Positions 8,901 through 16,222 of a stretch of 16,459 bases of DNA are shown here, piece after piece. How positions within the stretch are numbered: position 1 is the stretch's first letter; every line of letters begins with the position of its first letter. The translations under genes were made by a program, and so were the position numbers. Under the pieces are notes generated by a model. It did no database searches. It had not been told where the DNA came from and worked only from the letters and a program-made list of their open reading frames with translations. Origin of the DNA: Candidatus Aegiribacteria sp. (GTDB taxonomy: Bacteria > Fermentibacterota > Fermentibacteria > Fermentibacterales > JCC-6); assembly GCA_046498225.1 (NCBI GenBank), contig JAWOBF010000015.1, forward strand, positions 1 through 16,459. The letters run 5' to 3'.

Positions 8901-9099
8901 GAGGCGGGGAGAATACGATACCGGTGCGGGAACCGGAGGTGCCGGCGGAAGCGCTGAGCGTATCGCCTTCGGCCACAGCGGTTACGGTACCCGGGGCTAT
9001 CCACACAGAGTCCGGCGTCTCGAAGAAGCTCGACCCGTCGGTCTGGAACTCCAGGGTGACAGACGCGCCGCAAAGGAGGACCAGGGCGGGGATGGTCAT
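5977..9099 (-). CDS. Large (1040 aa) outer-membrane beta-barrel protein of unknown function
   Basis: The likely start is ATG 9099 (MTIPALVLLCGAS), which overlaps the upstream stop as ATGA; the ORF-track extension to 9228 lies inside the upstream gene. Many alternating amphipathic strands and a terminal beta-signal AGLEGTVNF. Motifs: GLYISGSKKIGFSVG, ELVSQLDRIYF, RLGD, GIQGPY, VPGSEKVWLDGQLLRRG..EDYQMEYTAGLITF. Confidence 0.75.
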   Translation of the reverse strand: MTIPALVLLCGASVTLEFQTDGSSFFETPDSVWIAPGTVTAVAEGDTLSASAGTSGSRTGIVFSPPPPSGSSVTVTFETLDLGVPSSTSLDVGFAERQVVGELPAYTVDPFQEHGLYISGSKKIGFSVGDGGGLDQGTRISVDGTAAPGITVSGSVTDQNLASGRYSSELVSQLDRIYFLVEGSGWRTRLGDMEWSRGEEETGPFSWRRELSGVYAEVEPAGDYSLGAGYGTSGDTRRRTVFYTSEGIQGPYQVTSGWEVVPGSEKVWLDGQLLRRGATEDYQMEYTAGLITFTSTRLIRKDQRVEITFFQRGDGFRKDFATAFSSYAGGPAVITVQGYLSGDDRDAPLGFALTDEAVEVLSQAGEDPAEAWVDGATYAGEGNGDYTLDSLDHYVYLGPGQGDWTVVFGRPPGGSGDYIYDSSLGGFLWAGEGIGTHLPRQYVQIPESYSTGGFSAEYGNDGLDLALDAAFSSRTGNLFNPEMTTREGSCIIASGRLDFWQDGPGLGLGGRVVSSGYRPPGELESDSSLSAWSLPPGYRGNDNLVTVSLGGSGLTVSGAGRFMEAGGVLEKYRVRSSPVVAGVGISAAGGYLKRNNTDSLARGETASLSLSGTPVSGEFKPFAGFTLSRETWRDSLSGPVRTGFAGLSFSRSASRALLRLELQRDSRSGALSPGPFRVWRARMEGEGPVGDFRIRGSMEHSATSYEAGGELQADAVSLTVTGTAGGVWSETVYSGSGTVSRSLNVIYIYAGEGEGDYSYDPETGQYFSDPDGDYIVSYQPGSEGETMTSATLESTISYSGTSSGLGSVIRLSSSNPEDRAKALLLYGAFDIEQEGGYSVDLSPWFRWSDALLTRLGLTGRLSNRRISYSGAGLRDQREWSLRVSVKLAPMDGLEVNSSGRIWREEEELYAPRDTRGIRLEADPVLEVTAGLKPGLLFAWESRREVISELSKYMMEAGPHLSWTGGGWSASARLSAGYIPGDETLPAWFFDGSDSGVSWRASGRVGKSLSSGLDISLFYWGRRPAGSVWNQRAGLEGTVNF

Positions 9100-9851
9100 T
9101 CCGCCACCAGTACCCTGTCCTCTCCGGGAGTCCACAGCAGGCAGCGGGAACCGCCGTCGGAGAAGGAGAACCTGGAAAACCGGCTTCCGGCGGGCAGCCG
9201 CAGCAGCTCCGTCCCGTCCCCGCGGCACACGCAGGAATCCAGCAGGACCACCGGACGGTTACCGAAGGCAGCCCAGGTCCCCACGTCCGGAAGGGGTTCG
9301 GGGTGGCGGAACTCCCCCAGGGTCATGGACCCGTCCGGTCCGGAGTACACCGCCCCGCTTCCCAGGGAAGTGAGCTGACCGTCTCCGGAACCGTTCAGCT
9401 CCGCGATCTCCGCGTCAGGGTCGTAAAGGGAACGGACGGTACCGGCCGCCCTGGATACGTAGAGTACGGAGAGGCCCGCCAGGGCTATGTCACCGGGAAG
9501 GCCCGCCGAATCCCAGGAATCTATCAGCTCCCCGCTGCTGTGGTAACGGTAGACCCTGTCCGTCACCTCCCCGGTGACGAACCACCCCCATCCCCGGTCC
9601 ACGCACATGCCGCCGGGGATGATGATATCATCGAGGTCGAATTCAGCGGTGGAACCGTCGGAGTGAACTATCATCAGATGGGGCAGACCGCGCATGAGGA
9701 GGAATACGTCTCCGGAATCGTTCACATGGGCGTCGATCAGGCCCCCGGGAACATCCATGTATCGGAAATCTGTGAACTGCCCCCCTCCGGACACTCCGGC
9801 TGCCAGCAGTACTGCGGTGACCAGGCGGAAAGGGAAAGGATTAACGCACAA
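9096..9851 (-). CDS. Exported hypothetical protein, possibly a beta-propeller (~250 aa; start uncertain)
   Basis: Fills the gap between two operon genes, with an ATGA coupling at its 3' end. Hydrophobic N-terminus RLVTAVLLAAGVSG. Blade-like units PGGLIDAHVNDSGDVFL, PGGMCVDRGWGWFVT, PGDIALAG...LYVS. In-frame TTG at 9851 overlaps the upstream gene end, and the ORF-track start at 10109 lies within that gene. Confidence 0.65.
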   Translation of the reverse strand: MCVNPFPFRLVTAVLLAAGVSGGGQFTDFRYMDVPGGLIDAHVNDSGDVFLLMRGLPHLMIVHSDGSTAEFDLDDIIIPGGMCVDRGWGWFVTGEVTDRVYRYHSSGELIDSWDSAGLPGDIALAGLSVLYVSRAAGTVRSLYDPDAEIAELNGSGDGQLTSLGSGAVYSGPDGSMTLGEFRHPEPLPDVGTWAAFGNRPVVLLDSCVCRGDGTELLRLPAGSRFSRFSFSDGGSRCLLWTPGEDRVLVAE

Positions 9852-11508
9852 CTGCGAACGAGCCGGTTTCCACCCTGTCTCCCTGGCTGTACCTGAAGAA
9901 GTAGGTACCGGAGGCAAGGTCGGAAGCCCCGGGGTAGGACAGGGTGACCTCCCCGGTCTCCAGGGTTCCCAGGCCAACCGTTTCCACGTGTTCACCGGTG
10001 ACGGTGAAGATATCCAGCTGAGCGCTGCCGCCCGTGGACCACAGCTGGAAGTGGAGGGTTCCCAGGCACGGCTGAGGGTAGAATGTGAAAAGGTCGGGGG
10101 ATGAGGCAACCGAACCTGCGGAGACGTCGAGATCCAGGCCGCTGAAGGAACTGCACATGAGGAGGATGTCGCCGGAGAAGGGGAGGGGAACCGCCATGTC
10201 GTTGGCGGAGCCGGTGCTCAATTCCTCCAGGGAGCCCGCCGCTTCGTCGTACAGGTAGGCCCTCATTCGGCCAAGACCTGTGCCCTTGGCTCTGAAACTC
10301 CCGCCTATGGAGCTGTCGACGGTAAAGTAACTGCCCTGATAGGATGAAATATTCTCCCCGTTACTGACGAAGGGATCGGTTTCAACCTCGAAATCGTAGT
10401 CAAGTCCGGCCCTGTTCCCCGGGGATACGGTATCGTAATCCGCTATCCTGAACGATTCCCATCCGTATCTCCCGTCGCCCAGCTCCACGTCATCTATCCA
10501 GCAGGCCAGCATCCAGCGGGAGAGGATCTCATCCATGTCCGGCGTCTGCCCGGTGGCATCGAGAATGGCCTGACTGACACCCGAGACGCCCCTGGTGTCC
10601 TGTCTCAGGGAGTGATAGAGGAAATCATCCCCGCCGTAGTTCTCGTACAGGTATGAGAAGAAGAGGTAACCTGCGCCGTATCCGGCCACGTATTCTATCT
10701 CGTCGGCAAGGCTGGTCCACTTGATCGGAGTTATCCCCCCAACCTCGAGGAAGGTCTCCACCTGAAAGGCGGGATAGCCGCATACGAACGTTCCCGACTG
10801 AGCCTGGTTCTCTATCACCCACAGCTCCTCCGAGCTGAACGGCTGTATTCCCCACTGTATCAGGTGCACCAGCTCGTGGGAGGCGGTATAGGCCGCGTCG
10901 TACTGGTCCGCGGGGAAGCAGTCTATGTAGAGCATCTCCACCTCGTTGGAATGCCCCCCGTAGTAGAGGTAGGCTTCGGTCTCGGTAAACTGGTTGTAGG
11001 GGCTGAAGAAACCCGCTATGTAGGCGCCCCCCTGCTGAGGGTCGAACCCGTCCCGAATGTCCAGGACCAGGAAGTATACCCTGGGGTCGCCGTCTATGGC
11101 GTCCGGCGGCTGGCCGAACACTTCGATGTCGGTTTCCACTATTCCTCCAGGTCCGGAGGGCGTGCTGTCCTCCAGGGCGGAGGCCAGAGCGTCCACCGCG
11201 TCCTGGTCGTAGTGTACGCCCCACTGGGAATCCTCCACGAATATGTAGGTGTGTTCACCAACGAACCTGCAGGTGGCCGGGGTCAGGTAAAAGAAGGGAC
11301 TGCCCTGGCTGTAGTCGATGGACCAGAAATTGATGGTGTCGCCTATCTCGTGGCCCTTTGCTCCCGCGAGGGGGCCGGAGGGGCGGAAGGCGGGGTCGTG
11401 GCGGGTGTCGATCTCCATTATTCCCGGTACCAGAGGTGTGCCGTCGGTCCAGTAGGCCGGTGGTGAAGCCGCGGCGGCAAGCAGCACCGTCATAAGCAGC
11501 GCGCCCAT
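9841..11508 (-). CDS. Secreted HEXXH zinc metalloprotease (MA clan, M30-like) with T9SS-type C-terminal sorting domain (555 aa)
   Basis: ATG 11508 in a TGATG overlap, with signal peptide MGALLMTVLLAAAA. Motifs: ATCRFVGEHTYIFVED, FGQPPDAIDGDPRVYFLVLDI, YIAGFF, SNEVEMLYID, TASHELVHLIQ (HEXXH at 10864-10878), WVIE, YGAGYLFFSYL. C-terminal domain: FTFYPQP...LDIFTVTGEHV...LASGTYFFR...SFAVVR. Confidence 0.85.
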   Translation of the reverse strand: MGALLMTVLLAAAASPPAYWTDGTPLVPGIMEIDTRHDPAFRPSGPLAGAKGHEIGDTINFWSIDYSQGSPFFYLTPATCRFVGEHTYIFVEDSQWGVHYDQDAVDALASALEDSTPSGPGGIVETDIEVFGQPPDAIDGDPRVYFLVLDIRDGFDPQQGGAYIAGFFSPYNQFTETEAYLYYGGHSNEVEMLYIDCFPADQYDAAYTASHELVHLIQWGIQPFSSEELWVIENQAQSGTFVCGYPAFQVETFLEVGGITPIKWTSLADEIEYVAGYGAGYLFFSYLYENYGGDDFLYHSLRQDTRGVSGVSQAILDATGQTPDMDEILSRWMLACWIDDVELGDGRYGWESFRIADYDTVSPGNRAGLDYDFEVETDPFVSNGENISSYQGSYFTVDSSIGGSFRAKGTGLGRMRAYLYDEAAGSLEELSTGSANDMAVPLPFSGDILLMCSSFSGLDLDVSAGSVASSPDLFTFYPQPCLGTLHFQLWSTGGSAQLDIFTVTGEHVETVGLGTLETGEVTLSYPGASDLASGTYFFRYSQGDRVETGSFAVVR

Positions 11509-12170
11509 CAGAACCTCGCTCCCATGGAAAATCTGACGGAGGAGAAGTCCCGGGTCTCGGGGAAGGAGAGTTAGGTATAGACCCCCGGCCTCCTCTCGTC
11601 CAGCAGTGAGGCGTCGATCATGCTCACCGCCCGGTTGACCAGGGCGAAGGCCGCTATGTAGAGGCTTCTCCTGAACCACTGCCTGCTGTCCCGCAGCCGG
11701 CTGTCGAACATTCCCCTGGCGGCGTCGGAAGACCAGTCCCAGCTTTCGTCGCCATGCCTGGAATGTGTCTCGTAGTAATCACGCTGAGCTTCCGGGTCTT
11801 CAGGGTAGTAGTACCTGGCCAGCCTGTGAATGTAATCATTGTATTCCATGCTCGAGCCGAAATCCGCCATGTCGTCCAGGAAATCCCCGGACTTCCCATC
11901 CACCGACAAACCGGCCTCGGATATCGCAAGCCATCGGTAATCGTCACGGTTGAAGGTCCCCTCCAGATAGGACAGTCCCACTCCCGCCCATGTGACCAGG
12001 TCCAGGCTCATGAAGACCACCCCCCTGCTCCCGTGGCCGAGATGCATCTGTCCCCAGCCGGGAAGTATTGCCGACCTCAGCATGGCTCCCCCCCGGGAGT
12101 TGACGGCGGATGAAGCGGACACGGAAGTCGTCAGCATTATCATCGTCAACAGGACGAATGTCCTTTTCAT
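11508..12170 (-). CDS. DUF5683-like membrane/outer-membrane protein interrupted by an in-frame TAA at 11573-11571 (199 aa as written; 220 aa if read through)
   Basis: ATG 12170 in a TGATG overlap, with a signal peptide. AMLRSAILPGWGQMHLG motif and NRAVSMIDA. After TAA the same frame continues LSFPETRDFSSVRFSMGARF and ends at TGA 11510-11508, which overlaps the next ATG. Confidence 0.75.
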
Positions 12171-14797
12171 CAGTTTATCACCGCCGCGTGGAAAATGGTG
12201 TCTTCAGTGCCTTCCGGGGAGGAAAGTCTAAGTGATACGAAGTAGACTCCAGGCGCCAGGTCCTCCGTGTTCCAGGCCTCCTCCCATGCGGAGCCGCCCG
12301 GGGCGGTGCCGCTCAGGAAGGTCACGAGGTCGCCTCCCATGTTGAATACCCTTACCTCCCAGGAGCAGTCCTGACCCGGCTGGAACCGTATCACTCCGCT
12401 GCCGGTCCGAACCGGGTTGGGGTAGACGTAGAACGAACCGTCCCGAAGTAGAGAACCGGTCCCGGAGAGCGGGGGAAGGTCTTCTGTCCACCAGCATCCG
12501 CAGCCTGACTGGTCAAGACCGGTAAACCATCCCTGGGGCTGAAAGTCGGTGTTCCAGCAGTAGATATCCCCGCCTGCGGAGGCGGAGGCCACCCTCCACT
12601 CGCCGGTGTCTTCAGGGTCCCAGAGCAGAGGCCTGCCGATGGGCTGGCTTCCCACGGTCACCGGGAACATTCCGCTCTGCCCTCCGACCGGGTCGAGGAG
12701 ACATATCCTTCCGTCATCAAGGGAGACCATGGTGAACCCGGTCCCTCCCATGCCGGTCTTCCCTCCGCTGTAGCCGGCCACCAGGCTGTCCTGCTCAATG
12801 TGAGCCGGCCAGTCCTCCAGCGTGGCTCCGGACGGTCCAACCACGGTAACTCCGTCCCGGGTCTGTATCACGGTCTCCAGCCTTCCGTCCCCGTCGAGGT
12901 CGGAGAAGGAGGGGGATGAGAGGGGGGGTGCGGGAAGCTGGGCCGGAAAACCCGCCAGCAGCCGGCCCTCACGGTCCCAGGCGAATATGCGGTCACCGCT
13001 CGCGGCTACCACGTTGACAGTCCCGTCGCGGTCGATGTCGGCGGCCAGGGGCATTCCGGTTCTTTCGTCCCCGGGAGCCACCGGCCACCCGGCGGCCTCC
13101 CTGCCGTCCAGGTCCCACAGATAGACCTTTCCGTCGGTGGTGGACACGATTATTCCCGGGTCCTCCCCGTCCGGGTAGACTGCCATCCCCGACACGGGGG
13201 CCTGCACGCTTACCGGCCACCCGGGTCGGAGTTCCCCGTTCGAATCCAGAAGATGGACCTTCCAGTTATCGTCCGCCACGGCGACCACTCCGAGCCTGGA
13301 GCTGACCAGGGCATGAACGCCGGCGCCTCCTCCTGTCAGGGTCGCCGGCCACCCGCCGGGCTCGTTCCACTGAAGGTCCCTGAGATGGACTTCCCCGTCA
13401 TTCTCGCATACCAGCAGCAGAGGATCCCCTTCCGAGGGGTTCCCGGCCACAGGCGGCGCGGTGGCTTCCAGACCCATGGTATAGGGGCCGGAACCATCGC
13501 TTTCATAGGCGGTCACTATTCCTGTGGAGGTGGTGACCACCAGACGGTCTTCCGGGCCGTCCGCCTTCCTCCACAGCAGAGGACCCCATTCGAGGGAGGA
13601 TGCATTAACCGGCCAGCCATCGCACACGGTCGACCTGGAGACCCTGACCTCCATCTCGTTGCCGGGCTCGTCCAGCACTTCCACCGTGACGAAAGTCCTT
13701 CCGCCCCAGCTTGCGTCGCTGGAGGGATCGGATAAGGGCGAGAACTCCCAGGCGTAACCGCCCTGGAACCAGGGGTCGAACTGGCTGCCCTCGTAACCGT
13801 AGATGTCCGGAAGCGAATAATCGAAATCCTGTATTCCGTCGGCCTCCTCCAGGTCCACGCCCTTGTGGTCGTTGTCGGCGTTGACCATGTTGGCCGCCAC
13901 GTATGGTCCCAGGCGGCTCTGGTCCACGTGCCATATCATTATCCCCGATCCGGGCAGGCCGAAATCCCGTTCATGAACCCCGCACATGCCGTCGCCGTCC
14001 GGGTCGCGCTGCCTGTTCTCAATGAGAAGGTATTCCGTGCCGTTGAGAGGCACCCTGAGTATCGAATCATCCAGGGCAAGAGTGAACGTTCCGCTCTCCA
14101 CTTCAACGGGAGTGACCCATCCGAGGTAAGCCCTGCACCAGGCGCTGAGCCCCGAGGGCCAGTAGCCGCTCATAATCCACTGACCGTATCCCATGAGGTC
14201 CCATCCGCCTACCCCCACCTGGCCGGTCATGGTGTTGTAGAGGTCCGGCAGACCCAGCTGATGTCCGAACTCGTGAACGATGGTTCCAAGGACACCCAGG
14301 CCGAAACCGTCCTGGGACTGCTGTTCCGGGACCACCATTCCCTCGGCCACGTATACCCCGTCATCGGTGGGTATTCCCCGGTAATCAAGGCCGGCCCCCG
14401 GCAGGTAGTAGATCAGATCGGTGAGCGTCAGGAACATGGAACCGATGTCCCCGGGGCTGTCGCCCAGTATGTCGGCTTCCTGGCCGGAGCCCGCGTGAAC
14501 GATAAGAACAGCGTCGTACTGGCTGAAATCAACATCCTGGTCCGCCGCGAGGACGGCGTCGTGCAGCAGCATGCAGGGACCTTCCCTGTAGGGGTCCGTA
14601 TAGCCGTAGTACAACATCTGGTGCGGCAGTGTGTAGCAGTCGTTCAGGCCGGCGGGATAGATGTCCGTCTCCAGCAGAAGCTGTCCTCCGCTAACGTCCT
14701 GATAATAGGAGGCCAGGTCGTCCGCAAGCCCCTGAAAATACGTTCTGTCGTGGGGAGGGTCCGCCTCCAGGTTAATTCGTCCGTCTCCCGTTGTAAG
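12170..14797 (-). CDS. M6-family (immune inhibitor A-like) metalloprotease with FG-GAP/GWP repeats and T9SS-type C-terminal domain; 5'-truncated at the junction
   Basis: M6 motifs: IVHAGSGQE, HEFGHQLGLPDLY (14275-14261), WDLMGYG, LSAW, EYLLIENRQ, SGIMIWHVD, VDLEEADG. Repeats GWP, DIDRDG, DLDGDG. C-terminal domain: VYPNP...VFNMGGDLV...WN...LAPGVYF. The frame extends upstream of the ORF-track ATG (14617) as LTTGDGRINLEADPPHDRTYFQGLADDLASYYQDVSGGQLLLETDIYPAGLNDCYTLPHQ, with no start codon or signal peptide before the junction. Confidence 0.9.
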   Translation of the reverse strand, partial: LTTGDGRINLEADPPHDRTYFQGLADDLASYYQDVSGGQLLLETDIYPAGLNDCYTLPHQMLYYGYTDPYREGPCMLLHDAVLAADQDVDFSQYDAVLIVHAGSGQEADILGDSPGDIGSMFLTLTDLIYYLPGAGLDYRGIPTDDGVYVAEGMVVPEQQSQDGFGLGVLGTIVHEFGHQLGLPDLYNTMTGQVGVGGWDLMGYGQWIMSGYWPSGLSAWCRAYLGWVTPVEVESGTFTLALDDSILRVPLNGTEYLLIENRQRDPDGDGMCGVHERDFGLPGSGIMIWHVDQSRLGPYVAANMVNADNDHKGVDLEEADGIQDFDYSLPDIYGYEGSQFDPWFQGGYAWEFSPLSDPSSDASWGGRTFVTVEVLDEPGNEMEVRVSRSTVCDGWPVNASSLEWGPLLWRKADGPEDRLVVTTSTGIVTAYESDGSGPYTMGLEATAPPVAGNPSEGDPLLLVCENDGEVHLRDLQWNEPGGWPATLTGGGAGVHALVSSRLGVVAVADDNWKVHLLDSNGELRPGWPVSVQAPVSGMAVYPDGEDPGIIVSTTDGKVYLWDLDGREAAGWPVAPGDERTGMPLAADIDRDGTVNVVAASGDRIFAWDREGRLLAGFPAQLPAPPLSSPSFSDLDGDGRLETVIQTRDGVTVVGPSGATLEDWPAHIEQDSLVAGYSGGKTGMGGTGFTMVSLDDGRICLLDPVGGQSGMFPVTVGSQPIGRPLLWDPEDTGEWRVASASAGGDIYCWNTDFQPQGWFTGLDQSGCGCWWTEDLPPLSGTGSLLRDGSFYVYPNPVRTGSGVIRFQPGQDCSWEVRVFNMGGDLVTFLSGTAPGGSAWEEAWNTEDLAPGVYFVSLRLSSPEGTEDTIFHAAVIN

Positions 14798-14800
14798 ATG

Positions 14801-14839
14801 GGCGCCTGGTACGAGGCCGCGATCCTGCTGGCGTTCTGA
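14801..14839 (+). CDS. Possible 3' end of an unidentified gene in the high-GC segment (…GAWYEAAILLAF*)
   Basis: Nearly all codons end in G/C (GGC GCC TGG TAC GAG GCC GCG ATC CTG CTG GCG TTC TGA). The stop lies 7 nt from the convergent stop at 14847. Too short to identify. Confidence 0.3.
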   Translation, partial: GAWYEAAILLAF

Positions 14840-14846
14840 GCGAGGG

Positions 14847-15761
14847 TCACGACGGCTCCCACACCGCTCGAACGGCGGGCGCCACGTCGAGGATCGATGC
14901 AGCGCCGTCGAACGCCGGCTCGCCGGGACCGACGACGATCAACGGTACGTCGGCCCGCGTGTGGCGCCGGTGGGCGAGGTCCTCGACGTTGCCGTGGTCG
15001 CTGGTGATCACGACGGTGGTGGTCGGGTCCCGAGCGCGCAGCACCCCGGCCACGAACGCGTCGAGGCGCCGGACCAGGTCGCGTCCCTCGTCGAGGGTGC
15101 CCCGGTGCCCGATCCGGTCCGTGAGCCAGACGTCGAGGAACGCGAACGCCTTGCCGGCCGCGGCCGTCGCCAGGCGTTCCCCGGCGCGCTCGGCCCCAGC
15201 CGGCCCGGGCACGAAGCCGCCCGGCGGCTCGATCCCCCGAGACGCGAACCAGGCGCCGTCCAGGTCCGCCGCCACCGCCGATCCGTCCCGGTACGCCGCC
15301 TCGCCGGGCAGGAGCACGCCCGCGCTTCGCGCCGCGTACGCCGGCGCGTTCAGACGCAGCCGGCCGCGCTCCAACGCGTCGAAGAAGCCGGGCGGGTACG
15401 CCCCGCCCCAGGCGACGGCATCGAGCCCGAACCGCTCGGCGGCCCACCCGAACAGCTGGCCTTCGTCCAGCAGACGTTTCAGGGTGGGCCCCGGCCACGG
15501 GCCGTAGTGGCCGTCCATCGCCGACGCGGCGTTTCGCCCGGTCAGCAGCGCGCTCTGCCCGGTCGCCGACTGGGGCAGCCCCGCGACGCCCAGGGTGGCG
15601 TCCAGCCGTTCGAACCGGCCCACTGCGCGCAGGCCGGTCCGTGGCGCGACGAACGTGCCGCCTGCGACGGCGTCCAGCGTCGGCGTCGGAACCGAGGCGA
15701 ACGGGTTCCGATCGGCGTCGCCCGGTCCGAGGCCGACGCCGTCGAGGAACACGAACAGCAC
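14847..15761 (-). CDS. Alkaline-phosphatase-superfamily metalloenzyme (BPG-independent phosphoglycerate-mutase-like), ~304-312 aa
   Basis: Metal-binding and catalytic motifs LFVFLDGVG, LDATLGVAGLPQSATGQSALLTG, TDRIGH, ITSDHGNVED, HTRADVP. Nearest conventional start is GTG 15761; CTG 15785, overlapping the trpS stop, is an alternative. Confidence 0.82.
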   Translation of the reverse strand: MLFVFLDGVGLGPGDADRNPFASVPTPTLDAVAGGTFVAPRTGLRAVGRFERLDATLGVAGLPQSATGQSALLTGRNAASAMDGHYGPWPGPTLKRLLDEGQLFGWAAERFGLDAVAWGGAYPPGFFDALERGRLRLNAPAYAARSAGVLLPGEAAYRDGSAVAADLDGAWFASRGIEPPGGFVPGPAGAERAGERLATAAAGKAFAFLDVWLTDRIGHRGTLDEGRDLVRRLDAFVAGVLRARDPTTTVVITSDHGNVEDLAHRRHTRADVPLIVVGPGEPAFDGAASILDVAPAVRAVWEPS

Positions 15762-15781
15762 GCCGGAGGTGGACGGGCCGC

Positions 15782-16177
15782 TCAGGTGCCGACGCCCAGC
15801 GCCGACCGCGCGCGCGCCACGGTCCGGGCCGCCTGCTCGCGCGCCCGGTCGGCGCCTCGCGCCAGCACCGCGTCGAGCTCGGCCGGATCGGCGGCGTACT
15901 CCCGGTAGCGCTGCTGAATCGGTCGCAGCGTGTCCAGGATCGCCTCCAGGGCGGCCTTCTTCAGGTCGCCGTAGCCTTTGCCCTCGAACCTCGCCTCGAG
16001 CGTCTCCATCGGCTCGTCCGTCAGGCTCTGGAGGATGCCGAGCAGGTTGCGGACGCCGGAACCGGCGTGCTCGAAGCGGAGCTCGCGACCGGAGTCGGTC
16101 ACGGCGCTCATCACCGTCTTCTTGATCCGCGTCTCGCTGTCCAGCAGATGGACCGCGTGCCGGTCGCGCACGCCCTC
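15782..16177 (-). CDS. trpS: Tryptophan--tRNA ligase, C-terminal (anticodon-binding) part only; 5'-truncated at the junction
   Basis: VHLLD...IKKTVMSAVTDS, GVRNLLGIL, YGDLKKA, LRPIQQRY, ELDAVLARGADRAR...A.RT......ALG all match the TrpRS region following KMSKS. HIGH and KMSKS are absent; the frame upstream of ~16177 reads ...SWNT. Confidence 0.88.
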   Translation of the reverse strand, partial: EGVRDRHAVHLLDSETRIKKTVMSAVTDSGRELRFEHAGSGVRNLLGILQSLTDEPMETLEARFEGKGYGDLKKAALEAILDTLRPIQQRYREYAADPAELDAVLARGADRAREQAARTVARARSALGVGT

Positions 16178-16222
16178 TGTGTTCCACGAAACCGGAAACG
16201 TGAAACCCGAAAATAGCCTTTC

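Noticed and set aside
11509..11679. N-terminal extension of the HEXXH protease given by the ORF track (start 11679), and similar extensions to 10109 and 9228
   Set aside because: They lie inside upstream genes. Coupled starts followed by signal peptides at 11508, ~9851 and 9099 fit better.
13865..14839. 324-aa plus-strand ORF
   Set aside because: Antisense shadow of the M6 protease. At most the last 12 codons belong to a real gene in the next segment.
14800..16177. High-GC block as a horizontally acquired island or mobile element
   Set aside because: No integrase or transposase, terminal repeats or target duplication. It carries housekeeping genes cut at its ends, so concatenation is the simpler explanation.
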